Shown here in pieces: positions 52,486-64,000 of a DNA stretch of 64,000 nucleotides. A program made the position numbers and the translations under genes. The notes beneath the pieces are model-generated. The model was not told where the DNA came from and did not search any database. It saw only the letters and a list, made by a program, of their open reading frames with translations. This stretch comes from Eledone cirrhosa. Its lineage: Eukaryota. Each line of letters starts with the position of its first letter. Within the stretch, counting starts at the first letter, position 1. Location of the stretch: assembly GCA_964016885.1 (NCBI GenBank), contig OZ024740.1, positions 77,686,001 through 77,750,000 on the forward strand, in the 5' to 3' direction.

Positions 52486-55400
52486 TATATCTACCATGCA
52501 ACACTCTCTCTCTCATTCACTCTCACTCCAAACATCACTACCAAACTATCCCCCTCTCTATATCTACCATGCAACACTCTCTCTCTCTCTCATTCACTCT
52601 CACTCTAAACATCACTACCAAACTATCCCCCTCTCTATATCTACCATGCAACACTCTCTCTCTCATTCACTCTCACTCTAAACTTCACTACTAAACTCTC
52701 CCCCTCTCTATATCTACCATGCAACACTCTCTCTCTCTCATTCACTCTCACTCCAAACATCACTACCAAACTATCCCCCTCTCTATATCTACCATGCAAC
52801 ACTCTCTCTCTCATTCACTCTCACTCTAAACTTCACTACTAAACTATCCCCCTCTCTATATCTACCATGCAACACTCTCTCTCTCATTCACTCTCACTCT
52901 AAACTTCACTACTAAACTCTCCCCCTCTCTATATCTACCATGCAACACTCTCTCTCTCTCATTCACTCTCACTCCAAACATCACTACCAAACTATCCCCC
53001 TCTCTATATCTACCATGCAACACTCTCTCTCTCATTCACTCTCACTCTAAACTTCACTACTAAACTATCCCCCTCTCTATATCTACCATGCAACACTCTC
53101 TCTCTCATTCACTCTCACTCCAAACATCACTACCAAAGTATCCCCCTCTCTATATCTACCATGCAACACTCTCTCTCTCATTCACTCTCACTCTAAACTT
53201 CACTACTAAACTATCCCCCTCTCTATATCTACCATGCAACACTCTCTCTCTCATTCACTCTCACTCCAAACATCACTACCAAACTCTCCCCCTCTCTATA
53301 TCTACCATGCAACACTCTCTCTCTCTCATTCACTCTCACTCCAAACATCACTACCAAACTCTCCCCTTCTCTATATCTACCATGCAACACTCTCTCTCTC
53401 TCTCATTCACTCTCACTCCAAACATCACTACCAAACTATCCCACTCTCTATATCTACCATGCAACACACTCTCTCTCTCATTCACTCTCACTCCAAACAT
53501 CACTACCAAACTCTCCCCTTCTCTATATCTACCATGCAACACTCTCTCTCTCTCTCTCATTCACTCTCACTCCAAACATCACTACCAAACTATCCCCCTC
53601 TCTATATCTACCATGCAACACTCTCTCTCTCATTCACTCTCACTCTAAACTTCACTACTAAACTATCCCCCTCTCTATATCTACCATGCAACACTCTCTC
53701 TCTCATTCACTCTCACTCCAAACATCACTACCAAACTCTCCCCCTCTCTATATCTACCATGCAACACTCTCTCTCTCTCATTCACTCTCACTCCAAACAT
53801 CACTACCAAACTCTCCCCTTCTCTATATCTACCATGCAACACTCTCTCTCTCTCTCATTCACTCTCACTCCAAACATCACTACCAAACTATCCCACTCTC
53901 TATATCTACCATGCAACCACTCTCTCTCTCATTCACTCTCACTCCAAACATCACTACCAAACTCTCCCCTTCTCTATATCTACCATGCAACACTCTCTCT
54001 CTCTCATTCACTCTCACTCCAAACATCACTACCAAACTATCCCCCTCTCTATATCTACCATGCAACCACTCTCTCTCTCATTCACTCTCACTCCAAACAT
54101 CACTACCAAACTCTCCCCTTCTCTATATCTACCATGCAACACTCTCTCTCTCTCATTCACTCTCACTCCAAACATCACTACCAAACTATCCCCCTCTCTA
54201 TATCTACCATGCAACACTCTCTCTCTCATTCACTCTCACTCCAAACATCACTACCAAACTATCCCCCTCTCTATATCTACCATGCAACACTCTCTCTCTC
54301 ATTCACTCTCACTCCAAACATCACTACCAAACTATCCCCCTCTCTATATCTACCATGCAACACTCTATCTCTCTCATTCACTCTCACTCCAAACATCACT
54401 ACCAAACTATCCCCCTCTCTATATCTACCATGCAACACTCTCTCTCTCATTCACTCTCACTCTAAACTTCACTACTAAACTCGCCTCCTCTTTATATCTA
54501 CCATGCAACACTCTCTCTCTCATTCACTCTCACTCCAAACATCACTACAAACTCTCCCCCTCTCTATATCTATAATGCAACACTCTCTCTCTCTCATTCA
54601 CTCTCACTCCAAACATCACTACCAAACTCTCCCCTTCTCTATATCTACCATGCAACACTCTCTCTCTCTCTCATTCACTCTCACTCCAAACATCACTACC
54701 AAACTATTCCACTCTCTATATCTACCATGCAACACTCTCTCTCTCATTCACTCTCACTCCAAACATCACTACCAAACTATCCCCCTCTCTATATCTACCA
54801 TGCAACACTCTCTCTCTCATTCACTCTCACTCTAAACTTCACTACTAAACTATCCCCCTCTCTATATCTACCATGCAACTCTCTCTCTCTCATTCACTCT
54901 CACTCTAGACTTCACTACCAAACTATCCCCCTCTCTATATCTACCATGCAACACTCTCTCTCTCATTCACTCTCACTCTAAACTTCACTACTAAACTATT
55001 CCCCTCTTTATATCTACCATGCAACACTCTCTCTCTCATTCACTCTCACTCTGAACTTCACTACTAAACTCTCCTCTTCTTTATATCTACCATGCAACAC
55101 TCTCTCTCTCTCATTCACTCTCACTCTAAACTTCACTACCAAACTATCCCCCTCTCTATATCTACCATGCAACACTCTCTCTCTCTCATTCACTCTCACT
55201 CTAAACTTCACTACTAAACTATCCCCCATTTTATATCTACCATGCAACACTCTCTCTCTCATTCACTCTCACTCTAAACTTCACTACTAAACTCTCCTCT
55301 TCTCTATATCTACCATGCAACAGTCCCTCTCTCTCTCATTCACTCTCACTCTAAACTTCACTACTAAACTCTCCTCTTCTTTATATCTACCATGCAACAC

Positions 55401-55545
55401 TCTCTCTCTCTCTCATTCACTCTCACTCTAAACTTCACTACTAAACTATCCCCCTCTCTATATCTACCATGCAACACTCTCTCTCTCCTCACTCTCACTC
55501 TAAACATCACTACTAAACTCTCCTCTTCTTTATATCTATCAATAC
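52486..55545. repeat. ~3-kb minisatellite with a 73-79-bp unit (~40 copies)
   Basis: TATATCTACCATGCAACA(CT)nCATTCACTCTCACTC[C/T]AAAC[A/T]TCACTAC[C/T]AAACT[A/C]TCCCCCTCTC. Confidence 0.97.
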
Positions 55546-55877
55546 TTATCTCTATCAATCCTCTCACACTATTCATTAGCACCAAACTCTTTCCTCTCTA
55601 TATGTACTACACGGAACTCTCTCCCAACCCCCCTATCTATATCTATTAACTCCAAACTGTCCCCCTCCCTGTATGTACTACACGGAACTCTTTTCCTTCC
55701 CCCTCTATATATCAATTAACACCAAACTCTCTCCCTCTCTATATCTACCTTGCGGAACTCTCCCATCTATCTCGACATAACATGTACATAAATTATAGCG
55801 CATATACAAATAGATGTGTTTCGTTCCCTTTCTCTCTTTATATCTCTCTCCCTGTCTCTCTCTCTTTATATCTCTCT

Positions 55878-55917
<40 letters not shown>

Positions 55918-55960
55918 CCTTTTCTCTTTCTTTTTCTCTATTCCTCTCTCTCTCCCTCTC

Positions 55961-56054
<94 letters not shown>

Positions 56055-56233
56055 ATATATATATATACTGGTTTGTAACATACATTCCCGCCGTTGTTAT
56101 AATTTGTTTGTTTTCACAAATCGGCGGAAGTTTATGTTACAGCCCAATATATATTATTTCATTATTAAGATGATATTTGTGGCATAACTTTATAAAATAT
56201 TCTCATATTAAACTATGTTGGGAGATTTTTATT

Positions 56234-56283
<50 letters not shown>

Positions 56284-56455
56284 GAATTAGTATATCTACC
56301 AACATATACGTACAGATGTGCACTAATGCTAGCAAATACATAAATTATGTCATAGTACCTAGGTGGTTCAATGCAGGAGGATGCAGAACAATAATATGAA
56401 AGACGTAAAATAAGAAAATTTAAAAAAAAAAAAAAAAATTAACTTACTTACTAAA

Positions 56456-56702
56456 ATTTTCACTCCAACTAATTAGTTTCTGTAATGGGATAAAGATAGT
56501 TACGTAATATAACCATCGAGAATTCATTACGTCATCATATAAAAATAATAATTATTATTATTTTTATATGAGTCCCTAGTGTCCGCGCATTGCCTGGAGA
56601 CTTAGCTGAGATAGACTTCCTGATGACGTAATGAATTCTCGATGGTTATATTACGTAACTATCTTTATCCCATTACAGAAACTAATTAGCTGGAGTGAAA
56701 AT
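56456..56702. mobile_element. Fold-back mini-element with an HHR (plus strand, 56615-56696)
   Basis: Arms at 56456-56537 and 56621-56702. ACTTC-CTGATGA-CGTAATG...CATTACA-GAAA-CTAATTAG-CT-GGAGT; the left arm retains GTT at the cleavage triplet. Confidence 0.8.
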
Positions 56703-56948
56703 CACAATCTTGAGGTTGTGAGTTCGATTCCTGGACCGGGCCATGCGTTATGTCCTTGAGCAAGACACTTTATTTCACGTTGCTCCTTCTACCCGGAGTT
56801 GCGACCGATAGATAGTAATAGCGATTGGAAAGACCAACGGAAAGATTGTTTCCTTGGTCCGATTTGACGAAAGTCGATCGATCCCCCCCAAAAAAAAAAA
56901 TATATATATATGTATATATATATATGTATATATATATATATGTATATA

Positions 56949-56993
<45 letters not shown>

Positions 56994-56998
<5 letters not shown>

Positions 56999-57656
56999 TA
57001 TTGAAGTTTGCTTGAAGCATTGTGGAATAATAAGTAAATATCTTTAAGTCGTTTGGAAGCCTCGACAATGCAAATGGGTAAATCTCCGGGTAACAAGATC
57101 CGGTGGTGGAGAGAGAGATGTAAGTGGGTGTACGTTGAGATGCGTGGTGTGTATGAGATGTGTAGAAGAATGAAGGAAAGAGTATAACGGATAAAATTAA
57201 AATAACAACACGAGAGAGAGTTACCTTGGGAGAGATTTAATAGTCCCTATATATTTCGGATTCACATCCATCAACTGGGGGTTTTTCCGGGGTGGGGGAA
57301 AGGTTGTCTGTCGGACAAGTGCGAAACGCGTCCTCCGCTGTTTGTTGTTTTGAATATCTGAGGTATTCGGCAGAGCGCGCGTGCGCGTGAAATGGGATCG
57401 GTCGGGCAGAGGTCAGCGGCCAAATGAGGCAGTAGGGTGGCGCTAGCTGTCAGTCCATTCTCTGCCTGTTTGTTAAATGTTACTGTGTGTGTGTGTGCGT
57501 GTGTTGTTGTCTCGCTTGAGTGTGTGTGTGTGTGTGTGCGTGTGTTGTTGCCTTGTTCCTCTGTATTGGCAGTGTAGTATGTTCGTATGGTGGAATGCTA
57601 CTGTGTGTGTGTGCGCGTGTGTGTGTAGTTGTCTCGTTTGTGTATGTGTGTGCGTG

Positions 57657-57695
<39 letters not shown>

Positions 57696-60600
57696 GTGTG
57701 TGTGTGTGTGCCTGTGTTGCTGCATCGTTTGTTAGCTTAAACCAGCCATCTCATTTCGCTTCTCTCTGATCGGTTGTTTATTTGCGGTTGCAGGCGTTTG
57801 ATAAAAAGCGCTTCCTTGATACGTAACGTGCCGATGTTTCTTTCAGTCGCTAGAATTGTGACAATGGGCCTTCCGTCTTTGTTTCCGCATTTGTCTATGT
57901 GTTTCCGGAAAGACGAGGCTCTGGTTTTAGTGTGTTCCTTGATCCGGATGTGCAAAGGTCGGATTGTGCTACCTATGTAGTATTGGTTGCACCTGTCACA
58001 TTCTATCTTATACACGACGTATGTGCGTAGGCAACAGTTCGCATGGCGTATCGGGCAGTCTCTGAGGGAGCATGCGTCAGTAGATTTCCCGGGTTTCCTG
58101 GAGAGGCATCTTCGCAGGGAGGGGCCCGAGTGGGCCAGGTGGATGTCGAGGCCCTCCCTCCGTATAGCCTTGTGGATAGCGTTGGTGGCATTCTCGCCCA
58201 GGAGTGGCATTTTAAGGAAGCACTTGCCTTGGGTGCCTCTCTGTCTCTTGCGTCTGGTGTCTCCTATTCTGTCTGTGATCGAGGTAGGGTACCCGTTCGT
58301 CTCCAGCACCTCGAGGAATCGCTTGGTATGAGTGACACCACTCGCGGGATCGCTGCATCTGTTTATGATTCGCACGATCTCGTTCGTGATGTATCCTCTT
58401 TTGGCACTGTTAGGGAGGGCGGATTTGTAGTGAACGAACAGGTCCCTGCAGGCTGCCTTTCGGTAGAAGTTGTAGTGGATCCTTCCCTGTTCCGTGATGT
58501 TGATTCGGAAGTCGAGGAGGGCAAGTGACCCGTCTTCGTTGGGGTGTTCAACACTGAAGTCAATGTTCTCGTCCGTGTTGTTGAACGTCTCATAGATTCT
58601 GTTCGCCGTGTCTTGGGAAGATGTGAGGATGAGGATATAGTCCACGTACCTTGAGAAAAAGGCTACGGCGTTGGGGTGGAAGGCGTTGAGTGCCTTGCGT
58701 TCGAGGTTGTCCATGTAAGAGATCGCTAGCACACCTGATAGGCTTGATCCCATGGGCAATCCCGAGGTTTGTTTGTATGTTTGGTCAAGGAATCCGAAGT
58801 AGGTGTTGTCGACGACGAGGGATGGGAGTTGGTGGATGTCAGTGGTGGTGAGCCCGAAGCAGTGTAGGTCGGTGGATTGGACGCGTTCCATCAGTATATT
58901 GACGGCCGGGAGTGCCGGGACCGAGGTGTAGAGAGCGACTACATCAAGGCTGAAGGCATATCTGTTATTCCTTCTGGTGTCGGGATCCATTTGATGCAGG
59001 CACTTCAACACCTCCTCGGAGCTGTTAACGTGTCCCGGCAAGGTGTCTAAGATGGGTTTGAGTATTCTGGCTAGGAGCCATGAAATTTTGTAGAGTGGTC
59101 CCTCCACGCTCGATACGATGGGCCTGATCTTCAGGTCGGGTCCCTGTTTGTGTGTTTTCACGAGGTGGTAGAAGGCGGGTAGTCTGCTGTTCCTCGTGAG
59201 GAGGTTGTATCTCAGCCTCTTCGGGAGCTTCCGCCGGTCGCAGATGTTGGTCCAGGCGGCGTTGATGTGCTCTTCTATCTGCGCGGGAGTGATTCCCGTG
59301 ACCTTGGAGTAGAGGTTGTCATCGTCAAGGTGTTGGAGGACCAGCGTGTTGTAGGCCTCTCTGCTGATGACGCAGAATTCTTTTCCCTTGTCGGAGGGGA
59401 GATAGATGAGGTTCTTCGATTTTAGGTTGGAGAGAGTGGTGAGTTGAGATTTGGTGAGGTTATGTGTTGTGCGTGTGTGCGTGTGTGCGTGAAGTATATC
59501 CGAGATGGAGTGTTTTAGCCTGATGAGTTTAGTGTCGAGTTCGTGGTTGGTGGGTGGGGGGTGGAGTGGGTTGTCGGGGTGGTAAGTGGGGAATTTGGGG
59601 TGGGTTGCGTGGGCGCTGTTATTTTCTGTGGCGCTGTTGATGGCGGTCACCCATTTAAGTTGGTAAGCGGCTCGACAAAAGTTGGTTGAGTTTGAGTCTG
59701 TCGTCGAGACGTTGTGAGACGATGAACTTGGGTCCGAGGTGTAGGAGTTTCAGCTCGTCGCTCGTGAGAGTGCCGGTTAGGTCGGTGACCAGGTGCGTCG
59801 CATCGTTGAGGTATGGCTCGGTGTTGGTGGATGCGGCGGTGGCGGTTGTTAAGTTGTAGTTTCCCACGTGGTTCTGGTCCGTCTGTTCGTTAGTGTCGAT
59901 GTTCTCGTTGTGGCGTTTCGACAAGATCCACTCATATTTTCGCTTGAGCCGTTTTTTCTGGTATTGGACTCTGGAGTGGTAGCACTGGTCAATTGCTTTA
60001 GTGATTTTCAGGAGCAAGTCCCCGGGTGCTATTGGCAGTCGATGTGTCCGCTCTGAGACTGTCCGTTTATGGACGTGTAATTGGCGGTTGAGATGTCTCA
60101 GAATCTGTTTAATACACGTGCGATGTATGCGGTTAGTGGTGTTTTGGAAAGCTGGTGTACGTAGGCTTACTGGTAAGCGGATGTTCCTGATGGTGTTGGG
60201 GATGACATCGTTTTTTAAGCAGCGTTTCAGGAAAATAATTTGACAGCCAGCGTTGGCCCATTTCTCCGACAGTCTAAAAAGTTCCCTTACGGATGCAAAC
60301 AATTCCTGGCTCAGGTGTAAGGATAAGAGAGTATTGAAGTTTGCTTGAAGCATTGTGGAATAATAAGTAAATATCTTTAAGTCGTTTGGAAGCCTCGACA
60401 ATGCAAATGGGTAAATCTTCGGGTAACAAGATCCGGTGGTGGAGAGAGAGATGTAAGTGGGTGTACGTTGAGATGCGTGGTGTGTATGAGATGTGTAGAA
60501 GAATGAAGGAAAGAGTATAAAGGATAAAATAAAAATAACAACACGAGAGAGAGTTACCTTGGGAGAGATTTAATAGTTCCTATATATTTCGGATTCACAT

Positions 60601-60777
60601 CCATCAACTGGGGGGTTTTCCGGGGTGGGGGAAAGGTTGTCTGTCGGACAGGTGCGAAACGCGTCCTCCGCTGTTTGTTGTTTTGAATATCTGAGATATT
60701 CGGCAGAGCGCGCGTGCGCGTGAAATGGGGTCGGTCGGGCAGAGGTCAGCGGCCGAATGAGGCAGTGGGGTGGCGCT
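56994..60777 (-). mobile_element. Near-complete Penelope/Poseidon-type retroelement with two direct 451-bp pseudo-LTRs
   Basis: Direct repeats at 56994-57444 and 60327-60777 enclose an RT plus GIY-YIG coding region. The repeat includes the ORF start (MLQANFNTL), and the 3' end abuts (TA)n. Confidence 0.95.
57737..60353 (-). pseudogene. PLE polyprotein (N-terminal domain, RT, thumb, GIY-YIG) with one frameshift near 59685 and a YVDD to YVDY substitution
   Basis: LGPKF, frameshift, FCRAAYQLKW; SDKG; YHLVKTHK..IRPIVS; SLDVVALYTSVP; YKQTSGLPMGSSLS; RYVDYIL; FSVEHP..LALLD; VVYKIECDRCNQYYIGST.RPL..RIKEH; IKEALFI..LQPQINNR. Confidence 0.93.
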
Positions 60778-60960
60778 GTGTAGGAAGATGTAAATCACCT
60801 CCGTTGCCTGTTGAGTCTGATAACGTCGTCAGAAGAGCAAGAATATCTGGTATCATCATCATCTTATTAGGATTCTATAGAAGATTGAAGCATAGAAACC
60901 ACTCACTGTCTATCCTCTCCCTCCGTCTTACTCTCTGTGTCACTCCCCTCACATATCGTA

Positions 60961-61006
<46 letters not shown>

Positions 61007-61127
61007 GAAAACATTGTTTTAATTTTCTTTAAAGGAATTTTGTCGAACATATTGGCTCCCAGTGCTTGTTTCTTCAAATCTGTTTTATTTTTTTGTCGAT
61101 TTTTTTCCTCATACACACACACACGCA

Positions 61128-61241
<114 letters not shown>

Positions 61242-61335
61242 CAAAAGTTTAACAAGGTTCATTGATTAATCAATGAATAAAGTTTTACAATAGATTAGAA
61301 GCACTCAACAATGATGTTTTCTGGAGTTATTAATG

Positions 61336-61576
61336 TTACTTCAAAATATTAATAAATATAGACATTCATGTGATCAAATATATTTTATTATATATATTTC
61401 AGAGGTACTGAGCTATTTCATCAGTACGTCCTCATCAGATAAATTAAAATAAATGTCAGACATCAATTTATTTTATCTGATGAATACGTACTGATGAAAT
61501 AGCTCAGTACCTCTGAAATATATATAATAAAATATATTTGATCACATGAATGTCTATATTTATTAATATTTTGAAG

Positions 61577-61579
<3 letters not shown>
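61336..61579. mobile_element. Fold-back mini-element with complete HHRs on both strands (minus 61384-61443, plus 61471-61532)
   Basis: 108-bp arms. Minus strand reads TTTAT-CTGATGA-GGACGTACTGA-tgaaatagc-TCAGTACCTCT-GAAA-TATATA-TA-ATAAA; the plus copy is the same except for the base of stem II. Confidence 0.88.
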
Positions 61580-61605
<26 letters not shown>

Positions 61606-61607
<2 letters not shown>

Positions 61608-61880
61608 ACGAAGGAAGTGTGGTAAGGAACCAGATGGACCATAACGCACAAGAGTACTCAATACTTAGGATAGTAGAGTGTGTAATAGGAAAATGTTCAA
61701 GACGCCGACGGCAGAGCTCAAGCCGTTTCGACGGCTATTTCTGGACCCGACGGCAATTTCTGGACGTCCAGAAATAGCCGTCGAAACGGCTTGAGCTCTG
61801 CCGTCGGCGTCTTGAACATTTTCCTATTACACACTCTACTATCCTAAGTATTGAGTATTTCGGAGTCTTGAACATTTTCC
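61606..61880. mobile_element. Fold-back mini-element with the 3' half of an HHR in each arm
   Basis: Perfect 92-bp arms at 61655-61746 and 61766-61857 containing GAAAC-GGC..GCC-GTC. The tail TGGTCCATCTGGTTCCTTACCACA..(TA)n is shared with 15480-15550 and 22204-22240. Confidence 0.78.
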
Positions 61881-62500
61881 TATATATATACATATATATA
61901 TATATATGTGTGTATGTATATATATATAGAGAGAGAGAGTGAGAATACTAGAAATATAAACTGTATTATAGATTTTGGATATATAAAAAGGAACACGCCA
62001 ATAATGAGGTCGGATGAAGGAAAGTATGTTTCCATTGTTCTTTCTGTTGCTGAAATGGTAACACTTTTCTGGTGGCAGAATATGGGTTTGAACTCACTTA
62101 GTCTAGTCAAATTTAATGTCTGTCTCAAGCCAGGAGGCTCGTCAGGACGGGGCTTATCGTGGCTTCGGGACGTGAAGTGACTGAGAGTACAAGACTCCCT
62201 CTTGGAAAGGACACCAGTACACCACAATTCTATCTCCCGCAGAAATGTTAACGCTTTTCTGGCGACAGAACGTGATGTTTGAACTCAGTTAGCTGAGGGC
62301 CAGAATGATACTGCAACGCTCCCTGTTCGACTTTTTAACAACTGCACAACTACATCGATTGGTGCTTTGTTTATTGACTCCGAAAAGAAACATAGGAAAG
62401 TTGACCTCGGCAGATTTTGAATTCAAGGTGTCGAGAACTAGGACAAATACTGGGGCATTTAAACGATTGTGTCACGTCGCTACTATATGAGTAAGTGTAG

Positions 62501-62565
<65 letters not shown>

Positions 62566-62934
62566 ATTGAAAAAGAAAGAAAGAAAGGAAAAAATAAATA
62601 AAAAAGAAAGGAAAAGAAAAAAGAAAAAGGAAAGAAAGAAAGAAGGAAAAAAGAAAGAAAGAAGAAAGGAACAAACAAAGAAAGAAGGTAAAATAGGTAA
62701 TATTACATAGAAGAGAGAAGCAGAGAAGATAGAGTCATGTGGAGAAGTAAACCTAACACCAGAGAGAAGAAAGTCGCCATTGAGTCTAAGATCGAATTGC
62801 AGCTATCGTAATTCTCAATTCCCAAGTATTAGGTCAGTGTACAAGGCTGTATATCAAATATTATCAGTTCAGGTAACTCTGTATATATAAAGGAGTGTTA
62901 CTGCTGTAATTGACCGAGTTGTTCAGGTCATTAA

Positions 62935-63585
62935 TGGTGATGGTGGTGGTGGTGGTGGTGGTGGTGGTGGTGGTGGTGGTGGTGGTGATGGTTATAGTGG
63001 TGATGGTGGTGGTGGTGGTGGTGATGATGATAGTGATGATGGTGGTGGTGGTGGTATTGGTGATGGTGGTGGTGGTGATGGTTATAGTGGTGATAGTGGT
63101 GGTAGTGGTGGTGGTGTTAGTGATGGTGGTGGTGGTGGTGGTGGTGGTGGTGGTGGTGGTGGTGGTGGTGGTGGTGGTGATGGTTATAGTGGTGATGGTG
63201 GTGGTGGTGGTGGTGATGATGATAGTGATGATGGTGGTGGTGGTATTGGTGATGGTGGTGGTGGTGATGGTTATAGTGGTGATAGTGGTGGTAGTGGTGG
63301 TGGTGTTAGTGATGGTGGTGGTGGTGGTGGTGGTGGTGGTGGTGGTGGTGATGGTGGTGATGGTTATAGTGGTGATGGTGGTGGTGGTGGTGGTGGTGAT
63401 GATGATAGTGATGATGGTGGTGGTGGTATTGGTGATGGTGGTGGTGGTGGTGATGGTTATAGTGGTGATAGTGGTGGTGGTGGTGGTGGTGGTGTTAGTG
63501 ATGGTGGTGGTGGTGATGATAGTGATGATGGTGGTGGTGGTAATGGTGGTAGTCGTGGTCTTAATGATAGTGATGGTGATTGTTA
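62935..63585. repeat. (GGT/GAT)n compound tract with a higher-order unit of roughly 180 bp
   Basis: The marker order GTTATA, GATAGTG, GTATTG, GTTATA, GTGTTA recurs three times. Confidence 0.85.
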
Positions 63586-64000
63586 TTGTAACTGTAACTT
63601 TGACCAATATATGACGCAATACACTGGCTTTATAATGTTTTTACGTTTGAAATGTTTGTTTTCATCGGATACATAAATACCTACCTACATACATACATAC
63701 ATACATACATACATACATACATACATACATACATACATACATACATACATACATACATACATGGTGGCTGCCAACTCGTTTTCGAGTACGGCCACTACTT
63801 TATATCCATGTAGGCGAACCCCTATCGATGCGCTGAACGAGTGTGACATTTTAGTCCAGCCAGTGACTTGAAAACTCTCGTACAAACACTACACTTGTGA
63901 CAATTATTGACACATAGTGCTGGGCCCATGGTACCATGTGACGACAAGTGCAGAGAGATCTCCAGATATAAAGCAATGCCTCTGCGGTGAAGCTTTTATA

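Noticed and set aside
52486-55545. His/Ser/Leu-rich ORFs of 100-414 aa
   Set aside because: The units vary by 2-bp CT steps, so frames shift constantly; these are satellite artefacts.
56994-60777. LTR retrotransposon
   Set aside because: There are no TG..CA ends, PBS, gag, protease or integrase. The RT and GIY-YIG are Penelope-type and the repeat overlaps the ORF start.

Overview
A gene-poor, microsatellite-rich animal genomic region. The SINE families and (TA)n/(CA)n/(GATA)n density suggest a cephalopod such as Octopus; this is an inference. I recognise no host protein-coding exon, and most listed ORFs are microsatellite artefacts. Autonomous-type elements: a full-length L1/Tx1-type LINE sitting in a (GATA)n tract (9009-14714); a near-complete Penelope-like element (PLE) with two 451-bp pseudo-LTRs (56994-60777); and two truncated PLEs. 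Decayed or non-autonomous elements: HERO-, CRE-, RTE- and CR1/Jockey-type LINE remnants, a mariner, a Helitron whose empty site is also in this window, hAT MITEs, many SINEs and two large minisatellites. The most striking unexplained signal is a set of about ten minimal hammerhead-ribozyme (HHR) motifs from unrelated families. Many sit in short, non-coding, fold-back (palindromic) modules next to (TA)n tracts and may be non-autonomous ribozyme retroelements mobilised by the local PLEs. All structures were read by eye and none were computed or tested.
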